From an uncultured bacterium (lineage in GTDB: Bacteria > CSSED10-310 > CAZUFC01), in contig CAZUFC010000025.1 of NCBI GenBank assembly GCA_964619725.1, positions 1-64,000 of the forward strand: DNA of 64,000 nt, written 5' to 3'. Below the pieces are notes generated by a model that searched no databases, was not told where the DNA came from, and saw nothing but the letters and a program-made list of their open reading frames with translations. This document shows, one piece after another, positions 39,605 through 47,896 of the stretch. The position numbers and the translations under genes were made by a program. How positions within the stretch are numbered: the stretch's first letter is position 1; each line of letters begins with the position of its first letter.

Positions 39605-40097
39605 TGCTTGATTCTCCTGATAATTAACTAATCATTGAACAACAGGACCGCCGCTTCCTTTTCCCATTCATTCTCTTTCCTTGCCCGCAATACTTGAAAT
39701 AACTCATCATCAACTGCGGATCGGCCCCGCGGAACTCCTTCGACTGATGTCCTTTTATTGGATTCCCGTTAACTTATTGCTGCGAAAACTTTTACCGCTG
39801 ATTCACCGATTTGCGCCACTGGCGTTCGAGGCTCACTGTCACGGTACGAACAGCCCCGGACGGGAATGTTTATATTAATATAATGAAATAATGCTGTAAA
39901 GGAGCAGGACATCGTGAGGATGTGCAAACGGCATCTGAAAATAATTTTGCTGCTGCAGGGGGAATGATTTTTTGGAATTTTTTTTATTTATCGCAAAAAA
40001 GACTTGACTTGACTTGATTCTTGGAGTAATTATTAGAACTTAGTCTAGGTCATTGACCATGAATTTCTAGTCAAGGATTTCAACAGAAACCAAAACA

Positions 40098-41285
40098 ATG
40101 AATAAAACATCAGAAAAAATTTCAATCAACGAAGGTCGACTGAGTGGAAGTCAAGCATGCGTCGAGGGCGCCTTTGCGGCAGGATGCCGTTTTTACAGCG
40201 GTTATCCGATAGAGCCTGCATTGGATGTAATGAATTATTTTTTAAAGCGGGCGCCTCATTTTGATGCCACGTTCATTCAAATGGAAGATGAGATATCGGC
40301 TCTGGCGGCATTGCTGGGAGCGGTATGGACGGGCAAGCGAGGATTAACGGCGACGTCCGGACCGGGTTTTTCGCTCATGATGGAGCATCTGGGACTGGGC
40401 ATCATGCTTGAGACTCCATGCGTAATTGTGGATGTGCAGAGGGCCGGTTTATCGACGGGGATACCGGAGATGGCTGGTCAGGGAGACGTGATGCAGGCCC
40501 GGTGGGGGTCACACGGAGATTACGAATTAGTAACGTTATGTCCGAGTTCTCCACAGGAAATGTTTAATTTCACGTTTGAGGCGTTCAATCTGGCGGAGAG
40601 GTACAGGATACCAGTGGTAGTATTGACGGATGAGTATGTAGCGCACATGGAGGGTGAGGTAACGGCGCCGGACAGGGTAGAGATTGAGCCGCGCCGGTAT
40701 TTTACGGGTCCGAAGGATCAGTATTTTCCGTTCAAGCGGGACAGGGACCTGATTCCCCGCATGGTGGACATAGGACAGGGTTACAGGTTTCATGTGACAG
40801 GACTGACGCACGATGACCGGGGTTACCCCATTATGAACGAGGAATGCCAGGAGTATAACGTTCATCCTCTGGTCTGGAAGATACGGAGGAACGAGGACAA
40901 GTTAACGCGGGTGAAGGAGACCAGGACGGAGGATGCTGAGGTTATCATCGTTTCATACGGAGCGACGGTGAAATTTGCTCTTCGTGCGGTAGAGGAGGCG
41001 CGAAAGGCGGGAATAAAGGCGGGTCATATGCAAATAGAGGTGATCTGGCCGTTTCCCGACAAGCATATAGCTAAAGCGGCCAAGAACGTGAAGGCTTTCG
41101 TAGTGCCTGAGATGAATCACGGTCAGGCAGTTTACGAGGTTCAGAGGAGCAGCTACGGCGGAGCCAACGTTGTATTCGTGCATCATGGAGAGGATGGAAT
41201 CGAGAACATAGATGCGATGCTTTCCGCTATGGAAAACGCCATAAAAGAACCGGGTATCAAAGAGGGGATACTCGAATACCGTTAG
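40098..41285 (+). CDS. korA: 2-oxoacid:ferredoxin oxidoreductase alpha subunit, copy 1 (variant YPIEP)
   Basis: GYPIEP, QMEDE, TSGPGFSLM.E, QRAGLSTG, PEMN.GQ. Confidence 0.88.
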   Translation: MNKTSEKISINEGRLSGSQACVEGAFAAGCRFYSGYPIEPALDVMNYFLKRAPHFDATFIQMEDEISALAALLGAVWTGKRGLTATSGPGFSLMMEHLGLGIMLETPCVIVDVQRAGLSTGIPEMAGQGDVMQARWGSHGDYELVTLCPSSPQEMFNFTFEAFNLAERYRIPVVVLTDEYVAHMEGEVTAPDRVEIEPRRYFTGPKDQYFPFKRDRDLIPRMVDIGQGYRFHVTGLTHDDRGYPIMNEECQEYNVHPLVWKIRRNEDKLTRVKETRTEDAEVIIVSYGATVKFALRAVEEARKAGIKAGHMQIEVIWPFPDKHIAKAAKNVKAFVVPEMNHGQAVYEVQRSSYGGANVVFVHHGEDGIENIDAMLSAMENAIKEPGIKEGILEYR

Positions 41286-41295
41286 GGAGCTATTA

Positions 41296-42159
41296 ATGGA
41301 AGTAACTGAAGAAAAAAAGATTCAAGCGAGTGAAAACGAACATCCGTTGGAGGACCTGCTCCGAATGGACAGGATTCCTCATATCTGGTGTCCCAGTTGC
41401 GGCATAGGCTTGGGGGTGACGGCTTTTGCCGATGCTTTGAACCGTGCCGAGGTTGATCTGGACAATCTGGCGATTGTTTCAGGTATCGGGTGCACCGGAA
41501 GGGTGGCGGGATATACGAAGCTGGATTCTTTTCATACGACGCATGGAAGGCCAATCGCTTTTGCGACGGGCATCAAGGTGGGCAATCCCAAGTTGAAGGT
41601 GGTGGTTTTTTCCGGCGACGGCGATTTGATATCGATCGGCGGGAACCATTTCATTCATGCTGCGAGAAGAAACATAGACATGCTGGTGATATGCGTGAAC
41701 AATTTCATATACGCCATGACGGGCGGTCAGGTCGCTCCGACGACGCCGCTGGGCGCATATGCGACGACTTCGCCGTACGGATGCTGCGAAGCGCCGTTTA
41801 ACGTTCCCTATATAGCGGATTCGGCGGGCGCTGTTTATGTAGCCAGGTGGACCGCATTGCATATCAGGAGGTTGACCAATTCCATCGTCGAGGCGTTGAA
41901 CAAGAATGGGTTATCGGTCATTGAGGTGATATCGCCTTGCGCAATGTATTATTCCAGGATCAATAAGCTGGGCGACGGTTTGGACATGATGAGGTTCTAT
42001 CATGAGAATTCGGAAGTGAGGAACGGCGAGGATACGAAGAACGTTGATTTATCATTTCAGTCAAAAATCGTCGTCGGGAAATTTGTAGATAGAGAGAGAC
42101 CGAGTTACACGGATTTGTATAAGAAGTGGGCAGATGAAGTCAAAGGAAAGAAAGAATGA
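41296..42159 (+). CDS. korB: 2-oxoacid:ferredoxin oxidoreductase beta subunit, copy 1 (canonical)
   Basis: WCPSCG, SGIGC, HGR, GDGD...IGGNH, NN..Y.MTGGQ..PTT, SPC. Confidence 0.92.
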   Translation: MEVTEEKKIQASENEHPLEDLLRMDRIPHIWCPSCGIGLGVTAFADALNRAEVDLDNLAIVSGIGCTGRVAGYTKLDSFHTTHGRPIAFATGIKVGNPKLKVVVFSGDGDLISIGGNHFIHAARRNIDMLVICVNNFIYAMTGGQVAPTTPLGAYATTSPYGCCEAPFNVPYIADSAGAVYVARWTALHIRRLTNSIVEALNKNGLSVIEVISPCAMYYSRINKLGDGLDMMRFYHENSEVRNGEDTKNVDLSFQSKIVVGKFVDRERPSYTDLYKKWADEVKGKKE

Positions 42160-43397
42160 AGGCAGACCCTAAAAATGTAAAGACAGGCATATATTGCATG
42201 GACGGGGATGTTGCAGCGGGATATGGAGCGTTGGCTGCCGGTTGCGGTTTCATTGCGGGTTATCCGATTACTCCGTCGACTGAAGCAGCGGAGGCGTTCG
42301 CAAAGATTGCGCCTACGGCAGGCGCCCTGTTTATTCAGATGGAAGATGAGCTGGCATCCATTGCCGCCATCATGGGGGCAGTCTGGGCCGGCGTTAAAGC
42401 CATGACTATAACGTCAGGACCGGGATTCTCGCTCATGATGGAAACCATCGGTTTGGGCGCTATGATCGAAGCTCCGTTCGTCCTGCTGAACATCCAGAGG
42501 GGAGGACCGTCGACGGGAGTTCCCACGAAGACGGGCCAGGCGGACATGATGCAGTCCCGCTGGGGATCGCAAGGCGATTATGAGGTTATCGCGTTATCGC
42601 CGGATTCGCCGCAGGAAATGTTCAATTATACGATAAAGGCGTTTAATCTTGCTGAAAAATACCGATGTCCGGTTATGATTATGTCGGATGAATGCGTCGG
42701 GCACATGACCGAGAAGGTCGTCGTGCCGGAAGCCGACGAGATTGAAATTGTTCCGAGGCGTTTTTATTCGGGACCGAGAGAAGAATACAAGCCCTTCAAG
42801 CCCGATCAGGATATGGTTCCCCCCATGGTCAGGATAGGCGACGGTTACAATCTCTGCATCTCCAGCATGATCCATGACGAAATGGGCCATCCCATTGATA
42901 AGGAGCATTACAGGTCGAAATATACGAGACGCCTGGTCGACAAAATAAGGCGTAATAAAAACGACATCATCGAGTTGTCGGAAGACGGCATCGAGGATGC
43001 CGAAGTTGTCGTGGTTTCTTACGGCATTTCTTACAGAGTGGCGGTGAGAGGTATCGAGAAGGCCAGGGAGAGAGGGATAAAGGTCGGAAATTTAAGACTT
43101 ATAACAGTATTTCCCTTTCCCGATGAAAAAATTGCTGAATTGTCTCACAGGGTTAAAGCGTTCGTTGTTCCTGAGATTAACTATGGCCAGATCGTATACG
43201 AAGTGGAAAGGTGTTCGCATGGCAATGCCAACGTGGTTCTGGTTCCTCACGGAGGAGCGGGAGTTCAGCATCCGGACGATATAGCCGATGCTATTGAGTA
43301 TGCAGCGAAAGAAGAACGCAGGATAGAGGGCTTTATCGAACATCAAACAAAACTTGAAAAACTGGTTTTTTCAGAAGGTTACGTAGTAAAAGAATGA
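42156..43397 (+). CDS. korA: 2-oxoacid:ferredoxin oxidoreductase alpha subunit, copy 2 (canonical)
   Basis: GYPITPSTE, QMEDE, TSGPGFSLM.E, QRGGPSTG. Confidence 0.92.
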   Translation: MKADPKNVKTGIYCMDGDVAAGYGALAAGCGFIAGYPITPSTEAAEAFAKIAPTAGALFIQMEDELASIAAIMGAVWAGVKAMTITSGPGFSLMMETIGLGAMIEAPFVLLNIQRGGPSTGVPTKTGQADMMQSRWGSQGDYEVIALSPDSPQEMFNYTIKAFNLAEKYRCPVMIMSDECVGHMTEKVVVPEADEIEIVPRRFYSGPREEYKPFKPDQDMVPPMVRIGDGYNLCISSMIHDEMGHPIDKEHYRSKYTRRLVDKIRRNKNDIIELSEDGIEDAEVVVVSYGISYRVAVRGIEKARERGIKVGNLRLITVFPFPDEKIAELSHRVKAFVVPEINYGQIVYEVERCSHGNANVVLVPHGGAGVQHPDDIADAIEYAAKEERRIEGFIEHQTKLEKLVFSEGYVVKE

Positions 43398-44158
43398 ATC
43401 CGTTAATCAAAGCAATAGAAAAAGGAATCGAAAAATCGGGATTTGCGCCCTGCAATGTCTGCATTGCTTCGGATATCCCGTTTAAACCGGAAACAGTGAA
43501 GAATCTGGGGGTCGATTTTTTTCATGTTATTCGAGGGCGTACCGTCGCCTTCGGGACGGGAATTAAATTGGCTAATCCTATGTTGAAAGTTGTTCCTGTG
43601 GTCGGAGACCTGATGACGCTCGGAGGAAACCACGTGGTTCATGCGGGCAGAAGAAACATGGAACTTCATGTGATATGCGTAAACACCTTCATATATGATA
43701 GAATAGCCGGAAAAAAGGCGCCGTCTGCCGACACCCGCTTCGCAAACTATTCTACATTCGAGAGTCCCTTTAATGTACCTCATGTCGCCAATTCCTGCGG
43801 AGCGGTATTTACAGCGCGATGGACGGCATTGCATACGAATGAGATAGCCGATTCGATAGCTGCGTCCTTTGAGAAGAGCGGTTTTACAGTTGTGGAAGTT
43901 TTATGCCCGGGGCCAAATTTTTATTCGGACATTGATCATATCAACGAGGAACTGCTTTCTTTTTACCATGAGAATTCGGATGTGAGAAACGGCGAGGAAC
44001 CGAGGAGCGCAGAGATCGACCCGGAGGAAAAAATTGCAGTGGGCAATTTCACTGATATTGAGAGACCGACGTTTTTAGACGTCTACAACATTCAACTACC
44101 AAAAAGATTGGGTGACAAGTTTACCCCGTATTGTGGATGTGGTGAGCAAAATGGCTGA
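43394..44158 (+). CDS. Degenerate 2-oxoacid:ferredoxin oxidoreductase beta subunit, copy 2
   Basis: Colinear with korB copy 1 (GIKLANP.LKV, GGNH..HA.RRN, ARWTALH) but lacks CPxCG, GIGC, GDGD and MTGGQ. Confidence 0.82.
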   Translation: MNPLIKAIEKGIEKSGFAPCNVCIASDIPFKPETVKNLGVDFFHVIRGRTVAFGTGIKLANPMLKVVPVVGDLMTLGGNHVVHAGRRNMELHVICVNTFIYDRIAGKKAPSADTRFANYSTFESPFNVPHVANSCGAVFTARWTALHTNEIADSIAASFEKSGFTVVEVLCPGPNFYSDIDHINEELLSFYHENSDVRNGEEPRSAEIDPEEKIAVGNFTDIERPTFLDVYNIQLPKRLGDKFTPYCGCGEQNG

Positions 44159-44693
44159 GATTCGCTTTGCAGGTTATGGAGGTCAGGGCATAATAAGGTC
44201 GGGAATTATTGTAGCGAAAGGCGCATCGATTCACGACGACAAATTCGCAACCATGAACCAATCCTTTGGGCCGGAAGCGAGAGGCGGGGCCTGCAGCGCG
44301 CAGCTCGTTATGTCGGACAAAAAGGTGCTTTACCCTTATGTGGAGAGGTCAGATGTTCTTCTGGCCTTGTCGCAACCGGGCTATGACAAATTCAAGGATG
44401 AACTGTCTGAAGCCGGGACGCTTGTATATGATGAAGACCTTGTAACGCCCGATAAATCCCAGGAAAGCGTCAAAGCCTACGGCATTCCTTCCACCAGGCT
44501 GGCCGAAGAACTGGGGCATCGCATTATGGCTAATGTGGTTATGCTGGGATTCTTCACGGCAGTAACGAAACTGGTTTCGAAAGAAGGAATGAGAAAGGCC
44601 GTGGCGGATTCTGTGCCCCCGGGCTTTGTAGAGCTTAATTTGAAAGCTTTCGACAAGGGTTATGATTACCTGGAACAATCAAGAGAAGGTTAA
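44151..44693 (+). CDS. korC: 2-oxoacid:ferredoxin oxidoreductase gamma subunit
   Basis: EIRFAGYGGQG, QSFGPEARGG, N.VMLG, N.KAF..G. Confidence 0.92.
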   Translation: MAEIRFAGYGGQGIIRSGIIVAKGASIHDDKFATMNQSFGPEARGGACSAQLVMSDKKVLYPYVERSDVLLALSQPGYDKFKDELSEAGTLVYDEDLVTPDKSQESVKAYGIPSTRLAEELGHRIMANVVMLGFFTAVTKLVSKEGMRKAVADSVPPGFVELNLKAFDKGYDYLEQSREG

Positions 44694-44696
44694 GCA

Positions 44697-44996
44697 ATGG
44701 CAAATAAGAGATATTGGCGAAAACCTTTCGATTTGAACAGACGTGAACGTCCGCTGGGCAAGATTCACATCATCAAGGAAAGATGCAAGGGCTGCGGTTT
44801 TTGCGTTCAATACTGCCCCTGCGGCGTTCTGGAATTGTCAAAAGAATTTAATACGAAAGGTTATCATCCGCCTTATGTGAAGAATCCGGACGATTGCGTC
44901 AATTGCGGATTGTGTGAAATGTTGTGTCCGGAATTCGCCATCTGGTCGACGCTGGATAAAATGATCAGCGGCGAAAAAGTTTTAAAGAAACGGTAA
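44697..44996 (+). CDS. korD: 2-oxoacid:ferredoxin oxidoreductase delta (ferredoxin) subunit
   Basis: CKGCGFCVQYCP, N.KGYH, CVNCGLCEMLCPEFAI. Confidence 0.9.
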   Translation: MANKRYWRKPFDLNRRERPLGKIHIIKERCKGCGFCVQYCPCGVLELSKEFNTKGYHPPYVKNPDDCVNCGLCEMLCPEFAIWSTLDKMISGEKVLKKR

Positions 44997-45327
44997 GGCT
45001 TTTGACAGGACGCTGAGTCCTTTTTCCGTATATATTTCTCCGGCGTATATGTTGATTCGCCGACAGTAGCCGGGTATATGCGTCTGGAAGGACTCAGGAT
45101 AGTAATTCATGATGTGCTTATGCTGAGTCCCCGACTTCGTCGCGTTTCAGCATAAGCGCATTGATTTTTGGGGACTGATCAAACACGGTTTGCTCAGACT
45201 CCAAAATTTGTATATGGGAGAGCGATATGCTAAAGGTAGGGATGTGACTGGAATTTCTTGGACAGCGAATGAGGGAAGAGACATTTTTTCGGGATATGTA
45301 ACAAGGAGAAAATGGGAGGGTAGGGTT

Positions 45328-47787
45328 ATGAAGCAATTTGCTTCTGTGTTTTTTTCTGTTTTTTACGTTTTGTTTGTTTTGATTCCCTGTATTCAGGCAG
45401 CTTACGGGACGGGTGATTACGTTGAGGATTTGTGTTTGCCGGATGCTTACGGCAACACGGTTTGTTTTTCCGATTATCCCAATCATGTAATAATATTAAA
45501 TTGGTGGCGAGACGGGTGAAGCGGTTGCGATGTGGAGGCTCCGCATCTTCAGGACGTATACGAGGATTACCAGGATACTAACGTAATAGTGATGGCAATC
45601 GGCAATGAGATGAATCAATCGGAGTGTCAGCAGTGGATATCGGAGCACGGGTTGACGCATCCGGTGCTTTCGGACATGGATTATATCAGTTATCCGTTGT
45701 TCGGCAACGGATGGATACCTTTCAATGCGATTATCGATTATGACATGCTTTTAACCTGGTCGGATTCAGGATTTGACGAAGACGATATGAGAGCGCGAAT
45801 CGATACGCAGATAGCCAGGAATCCCCGCATTTATTTCACTCCGCTACCGGATTCAGAAGATGACGCAGAGCCCTATCCTGTTTCGGCGAGAGCGGCGTCG
45901 ATAGTGGATTTAATTGAGAACAGCGTTATTCTTTATTGGAATACGACAGGCGCGCCTCCATTTGCTGAGATAACGCTTCAGCTTCAGGATTCAAGAGTTG
46001 AGGACGGCATATTTGCAGGAGAAATCCCGGCTCAGGACCTGGGCACGGGCGTTTACTATTATATAGGCGCTTCGGATACGGCGGGGAGGACGAAAACGCA
46101 TCCTTCAGATGCGCCGCTTCACGTGCATGAATTTTACGTCGGACCTGATACGACGCCGCCGGAGATAGAACATGAACCTCATCCCGATTGGCCGGAAACT
46201 TTATGGCCCGCGACTATAGGCGCTCATATTACAGACAACATAGGCGTTCAGGAAGCGATTCTGGAATTTATGATAGACTGGGGAGCCCCGGAAACGGTCG
46301 TAATGACAGATATGGGTGATGATTATTATACGGCCGAATTATTCGGCAGCGTGATCGTCGGTTCTGTAGTCCAGTATAAAATCGAGGCAGTCGATTCATC
46401 TGCAGGGCAGAATGCAGCATATGAGCCGCAGTCGGGTTACCACGCGTTTCAGATCATCGACAAGTTGCCGGTATTTATTTATAATGCGGACGAAAACAAC
46501 AACAGTGCTCCGGTTATAAGCGACATGCTGAACGAATTGGGAATAGCCTGGGAGAGCGATACGGCGATGCCGGATAATTTGAATATTTACGAATCGGTTT
46601 TCGTATGCCTGGGCATTTTTTCCAATAACCATGTACTGACGGAAGAGGAAGGGGCTCAACTGGCTTCATTTCTGGAACAGGGCGGCAGGATTTACATGGA
46701 AGGCGGCGACACCTGGTATTATGACGACGAAACGCCTGTTCACGCTTATTTCAAAATAGACGGGATAAGCGACGGAACCGGAGATGCCGGACCGATAAAC
46801 GGGGTCGCCGGTACATGGACTTCGGGCCTGTCTTACACCTATTCCGGGGACAATAGTTGGATCGATCATCTGGGACCCCTCAACGATGCTTATACGATAT
46901 TGAGGAACGGTTCGCCGGATTACGACAACGGCATCGCCTATAACTCAGGGAGCTATAAGACGATCGGAGCGAGCATCGAATTCGGCGGTTTGGAAGAGGG
47001 TTCGTCTGGCTCCAGGCTGGAACTTATGCAACGCATTCTGGAATTTTTCGATATCATAGCGGCAAACACGCCGACTCCCGCTCCGCCGACTCACACTCCC
47101 ACAGTAACCCCAACTTCACCGCCGACTTTTAGTCCCACTGTGACTCCATCTCTCCCGCCGACTGAAACCCCGACAAATACTCCTACGGCTCCTCCTTCTT
47201 ACACGCCGACAAGAACACCCACATCAACATCGACCATGACCCCGACCGCAACGCTGCCCTTTACCTGGACGCCTACCGCCACTCTTTCGCCCACCAATAC
47301 TCATACGCAGGTTCCAACAGCAACGCCCACACGCACGCCGACTTCAACTTATTTCCCAACCAACCCGCCCACAGAAACTGCTCCTCCGACTTATACATTC
47401 GCGCCGCCGACCGTATCCCCATCTGCAACTCCTTTCTGCAGCGAATTCGAGTATTATCTGATTTTGAATCAGGATGTTTTTCGAGCGAACGACGACTTCA
47501 TACTTGGTTTTCAATGGTGTAATCCCGCAGATCAATTTACCGCCTGGCTTTACGTAATCCTGGATATCTACGGCTCTTACTGGTTCCATCCGAGCTGGAG
47601 CAAAGAGGCCGATTGGGAAAATGTTCTTTTTTCCGCATTAAAGGTTCACGAAAGGGTAATCCTGGAATTCACATGGCCGGAAAATGCCGGAAGTATGGAG
47701 GGTTTAAAATTCTGGACAGGCGTTCTGGACCCTGATTCCCAGGAAATACTAGGTGAGATTCACTGGGTGGATTGGGGATTCGAATAA
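45328..47787 (+). CDS. Secreted multidomain selenoprotein (819 aa): redoxin domain with UxxC, Ig-like domains, Pro/Thr linker, C-terminal domain
   Basis: ORFs 45190-45519 and 45532-47787 are in the same frame, separated only by TGA 45517-45519; readthrough gives LPD..G..V..SDY...VIILNWWRDG-U-SGCDVEAP.L; signal peptide after ATG 45328; SECIS-like hairpin. Confidence 0.85.
45517..45547 (+). promoter_or_regulatory. UGA plus bacterial SECIS-like hairpin
   Basis: Stem GATGTGGA (45529-45536) / TCCGCATC (45540-45547), loop GGC starting at +18. Confidence 0.7.
47066..47432 (+). repeat. Pro/Thr-rich linker coding repeat
   Basis: TPTPAPPTHTPT... tract. Confidence 0.8.
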
Positions 47788-47896
47788 TCTCGCATACACT
47801 GATTTTACGATCATACCCTTGCGATACCGAAGCCGATTCCGATACCGATCTGAGAATGACCGGTCTGATATGTCGTCTGCTATTGATCGTCGAATA

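Noticed and set aside
45517-45519. In-frame TGA read as pseudogenisation or genetic code 4/25 (also 58843-58845)
   Set aside because: Both fall on catalytic Cys positions with SECIS-like hairpins, and TGA is a normal stop for many other genes here
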